NCBI GenBank assembly: GCA_033763575.1
Contig: JANRKF010000013.1
Coordinates: 17,396-81,395, forward strand
DNA length: 64,000 nucleotides
Origin: Alphaproteobacteria bacterium
GTDB taxonomy: Bacteria; Pseudomonadota; Alphaproteobacteria; Rickettsiales; SXRF01
Direction: 5' to 3'
In this document: piece by piece, positions 43,781 through 52,185 of the stretch
Layout: the number at the start of each line of letters is the position of its first letter
Numbering within the stretch: the first letter of the stretch is position 1
Notes under the pieces: model-generated
The model's input: only the letters and a program-made list of their open reading frames with translations
What the model was told of the DNA's origin: nothing
Database searches by the model: none
Program-made: the position numbers and the translations under genes

Positions 43781-44002
43781 ATGGAAACGTTATCCTTTCA
43801 GGCACCGGCGGCGATGAAGAAAAAGCTGGAGCGTTTTGCCGGCCAGCTTGATCGCAGCAAGGGCTACCTTATCCGCGAGGCGCTCGCCGACTACCTGGAA
43901 GATCTGGAGGATTATGTAGCGGTCATGCGCGACCGGAAATCGCATGATCCGAAGCGGAATCTTTCGCTTGCGGCGGTCAAACGCAAATACAAGCTTAAAT
44001 AA
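43781..44002 (+). CDS. ribbon-helix-helix antitoxin (RelB/ParD/CopG-like)
   Basis: LSFQAPAAMKKKLERFAGQLDRSKGYLIREALADYLEDLED is an RHH fold signature. It shares 1 nt with the toxin start (TAATG). Confidence 0.75.
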   Translation: METLSFQAPAAMKKKLERFAGQLDRSKGYLIREALADYLEDLEDYVAVMRDRKSHDPKRNLSLAAVKRKYKLK

Positions 44003-44265
44003 TGGCGTGGCAGGTTGAGTTTACGGCAAAGGCGGACAAGCAGTTCGCCAAGCTCGACCGGCACACGCAGCAAGCCATCGTGAAGTATCTTGAACGCGTC
44101 ATCGAGAGTGACGACCCCACATTATTCGGTAAAGCGCTGGTCGGTGAATTTTCCGGCCTGTGGCGTTACCGCGTGGGCAAATACCGCATCATCTGCGACC
44201 TTCAGCAACAACGGCTGATTGTCGAGGTGGTACGCATCGGTAAACGCAACAGCGTTTACGATTAA
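44002..44265 (+). CDS. relE: RelE/StbE-family mRNA interferase toxin
   Basis: WQVEFTAKADKQFAKLD...LWRYRVGKYRIICDLQQQRLIVEVVRIGKR is typical of RelE/ParE-superfamily toxins. Confidence 0.85.
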   Translation: MAWQVEFTAKADKQFAKLDRHTQQAIVKYLERVIESDDPTLFGKALVGEFSGLWRYRVGKYRIICDLQQQRLIVEVVRIGKRNSVYD

Positions 44266-44448
44266 CCAAACCACCAACCAACTTTTTTTTACCAACTCAT
44301 TCCCGATTAGTGCCAAGCAGTACTAGGAAGGCAAGGCGAGGTGGAGGGAGCGTACATGAGAGTACGTGACCGATACCGAGTCCGCCGCCTGACGACGTAA
44401 TGCGACGGCAATAGGAGGGAATTTTATCAACCAACAAAGGAATGAAAT

Positions 44449-45645
44449 ATGACTATTTCTGAAATCACTGAACGCGTCTCGCACCTGGGACATGCATGGG
44501 AAGAATTCAAGCATGTGAACGATGCGCGCCTGCGTGAGATCGAGACCAAAGGCTCTGCCGACGGCCTCTATAACGAGCACCTGAACAATATCAGCCGTGC
44601 GCTCGACAACTACAAATCGCGTCTCGACACCATCGAGACGGCCTATGCGCGTCCGGAACTGGGCGCCGAGCTGGAAACCAAACATACCCATGCCGGGTAT
44701 AGCGAATACAGCAAGGCCTTCCGCAATTACCTGCGTAAAGGCATGGATGCGGGTTTAGAGCAGCTTTCGACCAAGACACTTTCGGTCGGTTCCGATCCCG
44801 ATGGCGGTTACCTGGTGACGCCGACCATGAGCGGCAAGATCGTGAAATCGGTGTATGAAACTTCGCCGATGCGCCAGGTCGCTTCGGTGGAAACCATCAC
44901 CTCCGATTCGCTGGAACTGATCGACGACCACGACCAGGCCTCGGCGGGGTGGACTTCGGAAACCGGCGCCATTTCGGAAACCAATACGCCGCAAATCGCC
45001 AAGCGCAACATCCCGACCCATGAACTTTATGCACAGCCGAAGGCGACGCAGAAGCTGGTAGACGATGCCGCGATCGATATCGAAGCATGGCTTGCCGATA
45101 AAATTTCCGACATCTTCGCCCGCAAGGAAAATACGTCCTTCATCAGCGGCAACGGTTCGGGCCAGCCACGCGGTATCCTCACCTACGCGGCGGGCACCGA
45201 CTGGAACCAGATCGAGCAGATCGATTCCGGCACCAGCGGATCGGTCACTGCCGACGGCCTCATCAAAGTATTTTATGCGCTGAAAGATGCCTATACCCGC
45301 AACGCCAGCTTCATGATGAACCGGGCGACCGTGCAGGCGGTGCGTCTCCTGAAAGAGGCGACCACCAACCAATATCTGTGGCAGCCGGGCCTTGCGGCCG
45401 GTGCGCCGGATACCCTCATGGGGGTACCGGTGATGATGGCGTCCGACATGCCGACGGCGGCGGCGGATTCGCTTTCGGTCGCGGTGGGTGATTTCAAGGC
45501 GGCGTACCAGATTGTTGATCGCCGTGGCATCAGCATCCTGCGCGATCCGTTCACAGAAAAACCGTTCGTGAAATTCTACGCCACCAAGCGCGTCGGCGGC
45601 GATGTCATCAATTTTGAAGCCATCAAGCTGTTGAAGCTTGCTTAA
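44449..45645 (+). CDS. HK97-family major capsid protein (RcGTA g5 homologue)
   Basis: N-terminal delta-like coiled region, then GSDPDGGYLV, SGNGSGQPRGIL, QYLWQPGL..G.PDTLMGVPV and GISILRDPFT. Confidence 0.92.
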   Translation: MTISEITERVSHLGHAWEEFKHVNDARLREIETKGSADGLYNEHLNNISRALDNYKSRLDTIETAYARPELGAELETKHTHAGYSEYSKAFRNYLRKGMDAGLEQLSTKTLSVGSDPDGGYLVTPTMSGKIVKSVYETSPMRQVASVETITSDSLELIDDHDQASAGWTSETGAISETNTPQIAKRNIPTHELYAQPKATQKLVDDAAIDIEAWLADKISDIFARKENTSFISGNGSGQPRGILTYAAGTDWNQIEQIDSGTSGSVTADGLIKVFYALKDAYTRNASFMMNRATVQAVRLLKEATTNQYLWQPGLAAGAPDTLMGVPVMMASDMPTAAADSLSVAVGDFKAAYQIVDRRGISILRDPFTEKPFVKFYATKRVGGDVINFEAIKLLKLA

Positions 45646-45648
45646 CCT

Positions 45649-45714
45649 AATCCCCGCACTTGTTGCGGGGTCTGGTACTTAAAAAACACCGGACCCCGCC
45701 ATTCGGCGGGGATT
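45649..45714. repeat. two REP hairpins after the capsid gene
   Basis: AATCCCCGCACTTGTTGCGGGGTC (45649-45672) and GGACCCCGCCATTCGGCGGGGATT (45691-45714). Confidence 0.75.
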
Positions 45715-45734
45715 ATCATTTCGGAGAAAATTTT

Positions 45735-46148
45735 ATGAGAGACCTTTACCGCAATATACTGGTGACGCAGCATCTTGACCCTGCGACCGCCACCACCACC
45801 AGAACCTCCACCACCGTCGACCTTCAGGGCTATGACAGCGCGAATCTTCTGTTTGCCGTCGGGCAGTCGGGCGATACCTTGTCCGGCTCGGTGTACTGGA
45901 CGCTGAAACTCACCCACAGCGACGACGATTCGAGCTATTCGGATGTCACGCTCGCCGAACTCAACAACACGGCGGCGACCGTGGTGATCGATTCCGGCAG
46001 TGAGGACGGCACGGTTTACGGCTTCGGCTATAATGGGGCGAAACGTTACCTGCGCGCCGTGGCCACCCCGACCGGCACCCATAGCAACGGCACCCCGCTC
46101 GCGATCATCGCCCTGCGCGGCACGCCTGCCTATGCCCCGGTGAATTAG
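45735..46148 (+). CDS. phage-associated hypothetical protein downstream of capsid
   Basis: 137 aa (VDLQGYDSANLLFAVGQSGDTLSGSVYWTLKLTHSDDDSSYSDV). It resembles small proteins I recall after HK97-type capsid genes, and it is not part of the RcGTA core set. Confidence 0.55.
   Translation: MRDLYRNILVTQHLDPATATTTRTSTTVDLQGYDSANLLFAVGQSGDTLSGSVYWTLKLTHSDDDSSYSDVTLAELNNTAATVVIDSGSEDGTVYGFGYNGAKRYLRAVATPTGTHSNGTPLAIIALRGTPAYAPVN
46113..46148 (+). repeat. 36-bp direct repeat, left copy (CTGCGCGGCACGCCTGCCTATGCCCCGGTGAATTAG)
   Basis: This is the 3' end, including the stop, of the 45735 gene. It is 35/36 identical to 48101-48136. Confidence 0.9.
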
Positions 46149-46272
46149 TTTACATCCCCGGCAAGCCGAAGGCGCGACCGGGGATCTTGTGGTCGCCACA
46201 CATCGTAGCTTCTACAGGATCCCCGCCTTCGCGGGGATAAACTAGGAATATGACATTCTTCCCATACATGCT

Positions 46273-47046
46273 ATGACATGTCTTATGTCGACCAAAACAA
46301 ATATTGAATGGACGGAAATGACGTGGAATCCGACAACGGGTTGCACGAAAATTTCACCTGGATGTAAATATTGTTATGCGGAAGTAATGGCGAACAGGCT
46401 GCAGGCGATGGGCGCTGCGGGATACGAACAAGGCTTTAAACTACAACTCCATCCCGATCGCCTGAAACAGCCGCTTGCGCGTAAAAAATCGACCACCTAT
46501 TTTGTCAATTCCATGAGCGATTTATTTCATGAAGAGATTCCGTTTGCTTATCTCGATCAGGTATTTGCCATCATTCGTCAAACGCCACAGCATACGTATC
46601 AAATTCTGACAAAACGCCCGGAACACATGGAAAATTATTTTAAAACGCGCATGGTGCCTGTCAACGCATGGCTTGGTGTGTCAGTAGAAGACAGAAAATA
46701 TGGGCTTCCCCGTATTGACATTTTACGACGTATCAATGCCTCCACACGCTTTCTTTCTATTGAACCGTTGCTGGAAGATCTTGGAGAATTTAATCTTCAA
46801 GGCATTCAATGGGTGATTGTTGGCGGAGAATCGGGTGCAAAAGCGCGTCCGATGCAAGAAGCATGGATAGGGCATATTGCCAACCAATGTTCTAAAAATG
46901 GCGCTGCCTTTTTCTTCAAACAATGGGGCGCGTGGGGTGCGGATGGAGTTAAGCGCTCCAAATCCGCTAATGGCCGTGAATTTCAAGGAAGAATCTGGGC
47001 TGCGACTCCTTCAGATACGCAAATGGATCTGGCGCTAAAATATTAA
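46273..47046 (+). CDS. DUF5131 / phage Gp37-Gp68 family three-Cys-motif protein
   Basis: IEWTEMTWNPTTGCTKISPGCKYCYAE...YFVNSMSDLFHE...LTKRPE...SIEPLL...WVIVGGESG is the PF07505 pattern as I recall it. The start may be 46285. Confidence 0.75.
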   Translation: MTCLMSTKTNIEWTEMTWNPTTGCTKISPGCKYCYAEVMANRLQAMGAAGYEQGFKLQLHPDRLKQPLARKKSTTYFVNSMSDLFHEEIPFAYLDQVFAIIRQTPQHTYQILTKRPEHMENYFKTRMVPVNAWLGVSVEDRKYGLPRIDILRRINASTRFLSIEPLLEDLGEFNLQGIQWVIVGGESGAKARPMQEAWIGHIANQCSKNGAAFFFKQWGAWGADGVKRSKSANGREFQGRIWAATPSDTQMDLALKY

Positions 47047-47099
47047 TCTTAACAATTTTTTAGTTATTAGAAAATCGAGAAAGGGACAGGAATGATGCC

Positions 47100-48092
47100 G
47101 TGCCGCACCATTTTTATGACTGGTCTAATCCACGCAAACCACCGCTTTTACAACTCCATAGCATTGCAAAGCACGAGGTAATAAAAACATATCTTGAACA
47201 CCATATTGAACGGTTGACCGCCCATTCTCGAATGGCACGCCTTAGGCTTACTATCGTTGATGGATTTGCTGGTGGCGGCATATATCGCCATGCGGAAACA
47301 GATAAATTATGTGCCGGTTCTCCTTTTATTTTTCTTGAGACCGTCCATCGAATGGAAAGAAAGATACGCAAAAAACGCACCAAAAAATTTTGCATTGATG
47401 CAGCGTATTATTTTATTGATAGAGACAATGATGCTCTATCTTTTTTACGCTCGCAATTGCATAAAAAAGGATACGGCGACCTGATTGGTGAACGCGTTTT
47501 CTTACTGCACGGATCTTTTTCCAATCTTTTCGCAGGACTAATGGAAATTGTTCGCTCACGCGGTGGGCGCGCATTCTTTTTATTGGATCAATATGGTTAT
47601 AAGGATATACCTTTGTCGCTTATTAAACAAATATTCACCCGCCATCCAAGCGCTGAGGTGTTGTTTACATTTGCGGCAGATGCGCTGGTCAATTATATGG
47701 CTCATCGCAAGCAATATTACAAATGCGTACACAACATTGATCCCAGCGGTCGTTTATTGCCTCGTGAAGACATAGTAAAACTAAATAGACTTAAAAACCG
47801 TTCGGCATATAAAACAAAAATAACCGAATGGCGTTTAATGACTAAACATAAGTTACTGTGTCGCCTTATTCGGCTTTGTGGTGTGCGCTATTGCGTTCCA
47901 TATTTTATCGTTTCCCCAAAAAGCAATCGTGCATATTGGTTTTTACATTTTTCAAATCATTTGAAATCTCGAAATCAAATGCTCAAGTTGTGTGGTCGCA
48001 ACCACAATGTTGTAGTGCGACATAAAATGTCTGGATTCAATATGTTTGGATATGCCCCTCGTAAACACTCAGCCACAGAAATCGATTATTAG
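47100..48092 (+). CDS. three-Cys-motif partner protein TcmP-like
   Basis: GTG start. LLQLHSIAKHEVIKTYLEHHI...IVDGFAGGGIY fits my recollection of TIGR04474, which is defined by adjacency to PF07505 genes. Confidence 0.6.
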   Translation: MPHHFYDWSNPRKPPLLQLHSIAKHEVIKTYLEHHIERLTAHSRMARLRLTIVDGFAGGGIYRHAETDKLCAGSPFIFLETVHRMERKIRKKRTKKFCIDAAYYFIDRDNDALSFLRSQLHKKGYGDLIGERVFLLHGSFSNLFAGLMEIVRSRGGRAFFLLDQYGYKDIPLSLIKQIFTRHPSAEVLFTFAADALVNYMAHRKQYYKCVHNIDPSGRLLPREDIVKLNRLKNRSAYKTKITEWRLMTKHKLLCRLIRLCGVRYCVPYFIVSPKSNRAYWFLHFSNHLKSRNQMLKLCGRNHNVVVRHKMSGFNMFGYAPRKHSATEIDY

Positions 48093-48100
48093 AAAACGGG

Positions 48101-48136
48101 CTGCGCGGCACGCCTGCCTATGCCCCGGTGAACTAG
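48101..48136 (+). repeat. 36-bp direct repeat, right copy (CTGCGCGGCACGCCTGCCTATGCCCCGGTGAACTAG)
   Basis: Begins 8 nt after the TcmP-like stop. It has one mismatch to the left copy. Confidence 0.9.
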
Positions 48137-48382
48137 CAACAGAAAGTGGAATTGGGGAGTTGGGGAAATGAGGAATTGGGGAAATTCTCCAGTTCTTCAA
48201 TTCTTCAGTTCGCCAATTCCCCTCCCTTCTCTATGGCAAAAAAGCCACACCCGCCCCCAAAAACGCGGGCCATATTCTCACTTTTTCTCGTATTATTTCC
48301 TTCTTTAATGGTTTTTTAAGTCACTTGACCTAATGTCAGGTGATAGGTTAAACTATTGAGACTACGGGAGAGTGAGGAATTT

Positions 48383-48751
48383 GTGGGTAAGCTGACGACA
48401 TCTGAGCAGATCATTGCAGAAAAAACGGTGTGCATTCTTCTGATTCGTGGTGAAAGCCCCGATGGCGGGAAGATGTATGCCTATGTCGCTGTTCGCGCCG
48501 ACAAGCTCGAAGGCTTCATGGAAGCGCAGAAATCCGGCACGTTCTTCCCGGAAGATTACGGGATGATACTGGAGGCGGGCGAAGGCGAGCCGTCGGACGA
48601 AGTCAAAACCAAGATGACGCAGGAATATGGCTTCAATCATGATTCGATGATGGATATCGAAGGCTCCAAAGGCGCCCATGATATCGCCAGCAATATTTCC
48701 GGCATCGTTCAGGCCGCGTCGAAAAACAAAAAAGACGGCGACGCCGAATAA
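48383..48751 (+). CDS. hypothetical acidic protein
   Basis: GTG start with a GAGGAA RBS (48374-48379). A possible promoter has TTGACC (48325-48330), an 18-nt spacer and TAAACT. No motif recognised. Confidence 0.45.
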   Translation: MGKLTTSEQIIAEKTVCILLIRGESPDGGKMYAYVAVRADKLEGFMEAQKSGTFFPEDYGMILEAGEGEPSDEVKTKMTQEYGFNHDSMMDIEGSKGAHDIASNISGIVQAASKNKKDGDAE

Positions 48752-48781
48752 TTCTCCATCCTCATTACACCCAATCATTTA

Positions 48782-48882
48782 TAGAGTGCTTCCGCTTTAG
48801 TCTTGTGCTAGGCAGCCGAGACCGAAACCTTTAGCCCCGGCGAAGGCCGGGGAACGCACAAGGCTAAATGGGAAGCGCTCTA
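48782..48882. repeat. 101-bp palindromic element between convergent genes
   Basis: 27-nt arms at 48782-48808 and 48856-48882, complementary with about 5 mismatches. An inner CCCCGG-CGAAGG-CCGGGG hairpin is present. The element overlaps the stop of the 48880 gene. Confidence 0.65.
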
Positions 48883-49752
48883 ATGGGCGACGGCTTTTGC
48901 TGCGGCGGGATCGTGGATAATCCCCAGGCCTTTGGCGATCTTGAGCATACCCTCGGTCATGCCGCCCAATTCCCCGGGGGCGGCTTTTTTCCCGGTGAAT
49001 TCGAAATGATGTTCCGGCGTTCCAAACAAACTCTTTTGCCCTTTATCTATGAGCACGCCCTTGCTCTCCGCCTTGTATAGCCCCGCCATCATACCCGCGG
49101 TGGGTATCAACGTAAGGTAGTTGGGGAGGATATAGGCAATGGCGAAACGGGAATCCTGCTCGGCCTTCTCTTCGCTCCATCCGGCGGCCTTCATGATGTT
49201 CTTGGTGGTATCCTTGATACTTCCGGTCACCGGCTGCATGGCGCTGGTGCCGAGGAACCATGCCGTGCCCAGATGCACGGGCAGATCGAGGCGCGTCCAC
49301 ATCCTGCCGGGAAGTTCCTTGGTGCCCGTGGCGCGGCTTAAGCCTTTTTCCGCCAGCACCAGGCTGCCCCAACCGACCGCAAGCGCCGCCGAGTAGTGAT
49401 ATCCGCTGTTAAGCAAACCATCGAGCCTCTGCTCCTCTGTCTGGTGATGCCGGAGTTCGCGCCCTTCCTCGCCCTCGATACTGCCGGCGAGATTATCGAT
49501 TGCCCATTCGATCGGCTTTTGCAGCATCTTGACCGGGGTATACATCGCGGTCTTGAACGCGGATTTCAGGAAGGGGAACGCTTTGTCGAAAGGCTCCTGG
49601 TAGCGCAGGAAAATGATCTCCGTCGCGTTACCCACCATATCGGCAATGAGCATCTGGGACGACTTGGTCCAGCTCTTTTTAACCCAGTTATTGTTACTGC
49701 CGTCACTCATTGCAGACACACTTCTCCTATTTATACCTTCTAAGTATAGCAA
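48880..49752 (-). CDS. hypothetical membrane-associated protein
   Basis: 290-aa ORF (an alternative start at 49710 gives MSDGSNNNW) with hydrophobic helices. It lies on the strand opposite the GTA genes. Confidence 0.5.
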   Translation of the reverse strand: MLYLEGINRRSVSAMSDGSNNNWVKKSWTKSSQMLIADMVGNATEIIFLRYQEPFDKAFPFLKSAFKTAMYTPVKMLQKPIEWAIDNLAGSIEGEEGRELRHHQTEEQRLDGLLNSGYHYSAALAVGWGSLVLAEKGLSRATGTKELPGRMWTRLDLPVHLGTAWFLGTSAMQPVTGSIKDTTKNIMKAAGWSEEKAEQDSRFAIAYILPNYLTLIPTAGMMAGLYKAESKGVLIDKGQKSLFGTPEHHFEFTGKKAAPGELGGMTEGMLKIAKGLGIIHDPAAAKAVAH

Positions 49753-49820
49753 ATTTTACATCCAGAAATGTGACAATTCTGTGAAATCACCAACCCATAC
49801 AACCGAAAATAAGGAGTTTT

Positions 49821-50366
49821 ATGACCCATTTCCGCCATCGCGGGCTGGTGCGGGTGACGCCCCCCACCGCCGAGCCGCTAACCCTTCAGGAAACAAAGGA
49901 ATTCTTGCGGATTCCGCATAATGACGACGATTCCCGCATCAACGATATGATCGTCACCGCCCGTTCGCTGGCCGAGCAATGGCTCAGGCGGTCACTCATC
50001 ACCCAGGGCTGGAAGGTATCTTTCGAGGACGCCATTACCGGCACGATCCGCCTGCCGATGGGTCCGGTCCAGTCCATCACTTCGGTGGTGACGACGACCG
50101 TGGACGGGGTTCCGCTCACCATCCCCACCACCGCCTACCTGCTCTCGGTGACACAGGATGCGATCGTGGTGGACAACATCATCAGCGGCCATCGCATCGA
50201 CATCACCTATGTCGCAGGGTACGGCTCCGGCAGCCAGCTTCCGAAACCGATCAAGCTCGGCATGCTGCAACATATCGCCGCCATGCTCGACAGCGAAATG
50301 ACGCTGGCGCCGATTCCCGACAGCGTGCTGCCGTTTTACACGCCGTTTCGGGAGCTGGCCCTATGA
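49821..50366 (+). CDS. head-tail connector protein, gp6-like (RcGTA g6 homologue)
   Basis: EPLTLQETKEFLRIPHNDDDSRINDMIVTARSLAEQWLRRSLITQGW is the family signature. Confidence 0.85.
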   Translation: MTHFRHRGLVRVTPPTAEPLTLQETKEFLRIPHNDDDSRINDMIVTARSLAEQWLRRSLITQGWKVSFEDAITGTIRLPMGPVQSITSVVTTTVDGVPLTIPTTAYLLSVTQDAIVVDNIISGHRIDITYVAGYGSGSQLPKPIKLGMLQHIAAMLDSEMTLAPIPDSVLPFYTPFRELAL

Positions 50367-50692
50367 AAATGTTCAATGCCAGTCTGCGCCACAAGGTGTT
50401 CCTTGAGCGCAAAATCCAAACCACAGATGGGGCGGGGGGGTATACGGACGCATGGGAAACGATAGCGACATTATGGGCGGGAATCAGCCGCCTGCGCGGC
50501 GGCGAGAAATTTTCCGCCGGGCAACTCTCCGCCAGTTCCACTCATGTGTTCCGCCTGCGTTACAACCACAACATTACCACCGACATGCGTTTTTCCTATG
50601 ACGAGCGGCTGTTCAATATCCGTGCGCTTCGCAATGTCGATGAGAGGAAACGGATACTCGATGTTTACGCCGAGGAGGGCGTGGCCATATAA
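50363..50692 (+). CDS. head-tail adaptor / head closure protein, SPP1 gp16-like (RcGTA g7 homologue)
   Basis: LRHKVFLERKIQTTDGAGGYTDAWETIATLWAGI...THVFRLRY. ATGA overlap with g6. Confidence 0.85.
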   Translation: MKMFNASLRHKVFLERKIQTTDGAGGYTDAWETIATLWAGISRLRGGEKFSAGQLSASSTHVFRLRYNHNITTDMRFSYDERLFNIRALRNVDERKRILDVYAEEGVAI

Positions 50693-51120
50693 TTGACGCC
50701 CATCGCAGGCAAGCGGCCAGGCGACAGGTTGAGCGCCGTCATCAGCAGATGCACATGGGCGCGGAATTTGGCGTGCCACTCGCGTTCGGTGCGGATGCCG
50801 ATGGTACTGCAGATTTCGTCGAGGAAATACACCGAGCTATCCATGGAGAAAACCTGCAGCGCCTCGCCGAGTAATTCCTTGTCGGGTTTCGCGGCTTCCT
50901 TGGAAAGCAGGAAAGTGCCATGCACCAGGTCGTGAACCGCTTTCTGCCACGGTTTATAGCCCTCGGCATACGGGTCGCCGGCTTCTTCGATCACATGGTC
51001 CAGATGCTGCTCGATGCGTATCAGCGTGACCTGATACACCTCGACAAAGGTCTGCGCCATGCGCGTGGCCTGCAACGCGTTTTCATCGCCGTTTCCGGCT
51101 ATGCCATCAACCGTTTCCAT
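50665..51120 (-). CDS. hypothetical protein (antisense to the GTA operon)
   Basis: 151-aa ORF. Its 3' end overlaps the g7 3' end by 28 nt. No motif recognised. Confidence 0.4.
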   Translation of the reverse strand: METVDGIAGNGDENALQATRMAQTFVEVYQVTLIRIEQHLDHVIEEAGDPYAEGYKPWQKAVHDLVHGTFLLSKEAAKPDKELLGEALQVFSMDSSVYFLDEICSTIGIRTEREWHAKFRAHVHLLMTALNLSPGRLPAMGVNYMATPSSA

Positions 51121-51153
51121 GCAAACACCTTAACATTTTATTGTGACAGTTTT

Positions 51154-51558
51154 ATGACATATTTCAGCCAATTTTCACTTCAGCAAAGTTTATACCAGCA
51201 GCTCACCGGGGATACGACCCTGATGGCACTGGTTTCGGGGATTTTCGACCATGTGCCGCAAGGCACGGCCTATCCCTTTGTAACCATAGGAGAAGCCGCC
51301 ATCCGCGATTTTTCCAATGCCGAAAAACAGGGCACCGAGCAGCAGGTCACCCTGCGTATTTACAGCCGCGAGGCGGGCCGCAAGCAGGCTTCCGCCATCA
51401 TGGAGCGCATCGTCACGCTGCTTAATAGCGCTGACCTCACGGTGAGCGGGCAAACGCTGCGCTCGCTGCGTTTTTTATCCAGCAATATCGTGTTGCAGGA
51501 TGACGGGCTGACCTATCGCGGCACCCTTATTTTCCGGGCGCTCCTGAACGAGGCCTGA
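51154..51558 (+). CDS. DUF3168 tail-completion protein (RcGTA g8 homologue)
   Basis: LQQSLYQQLTGDTTLMALVSGIFDHVPQGTAYPFVTIGE...VTLRIYSR is typical of DUF3168. Confidence 0.8.
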   Translation: MTYFSQFSLQQSLYQQLTGDTTLMALVSGIFDHVPQGTAYPFVTIGEAAIRDFSNAEKQGTEQQVTLRIYSREAGRKQASAIMERIVTLLNSADLTVSGQTLRSLRFLSSNIVLQDDGLTYRGTLIFRALLNEA

Positions 51559-51559
51559 A

Positions 51560-52144
51560 TTAACGAGGTAGAAATTCCCCGGCGATGCCGTCGATGAAGG
51601 TCTGGTAGCGGGTTTGCAGCGGGTCGATGATGGCGGCGTCGCAGGTGCCGCTAGCATATAATTCCTTATACGAGCCCTGCGCCGAAGTCAGAATATCGTA
51701 TTGCAACCGGCCGGGCGCGTTCACCGAGGCCATTTCCTGCGCCAGCGCCGAGATGATGATATGGTAATCGGCGGGTTGTATTTTCGCGCATTGCCGCAGC
51801 ACGAAATAGGTCACAAGAATATCTTCGTAACGTTTTTTGAGCGTGTCGATAGCGGCCTGGGTATCGCCTTGCCCTTGAGGCGCGGGGTCGAGCACCGATT
51901 GCAGCTCGCTTTGCGGCCCGACGGGCGGCAGGGCGGGCGGGGGATCGCACTCGATTTTTTCGGCGGTTTTCGCCTTCAGCGTATCGCGTTCATTGGCCAG
52001 CATGGCATTTTCAGCCTGCAGGGCGGTGATCCGGCCTGCAAGCTCGTGGTTTTGCTCTTTGGTGCGCAGCATGCTGAAAAGCGCGCCGATGATGATCGCC
52101 GCCACGCATACCGCCACCAGCCCGTTCAGCTTTTTGCCCAGCAT
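51560..52144 (-). CDS. hypothetical membrane-anchored coiled-coil protein
   Basis: N-terminal TM helix (LVAVCVAAIIIGALF), then a heptad-like segment (ELAGRITALQAENAMLANERDTLKAK). It is antisense to the GTA operon. Confidence 0.45.
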   Translation of the reverse strand: MLGKKLNGLVAVCVAAIIIGALFSMLRTKEQNHELAGRITALQAENAMLANERDTLKAKTAEKIECDPPPALPPVGPQSELQSVLDPAPQGQGDTQAAIDTLKKRYEDILVTYFVLRQCAKIQPADYHIIISALAQEMASVNAPGRLQYDILTSAQGSYKELYASGTCDAAIIDPLQTRYQTFIDGIAGEFLPR

Positions 52145-52185
52145 TTTTCCATTTTCCCTTTGAGGGGGTTTTTTGAAGGAGTTTT

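Larger units (their letters stand above)
46149..48136. mobile_element. 1,988-bp AT-rich two-gene cassette (DUF5131 plus TcmP-like) bounded by 36-bp direct repeats
   Basis: The direct repeats were read from the sequence. The cassette is visibly AT-richer than the GTA core genes and contains no recombinase. Confidence 0.7.

Noticed and set aside
48148-48232. GGAATTGGGGA repeats as a mini CRISPR array.
   Set aside because: The repeats are only 11 nt long, irregularly spaced by about 13 nt, and include an inverted copy. There are no cas genes and no spacer-like unique segments.
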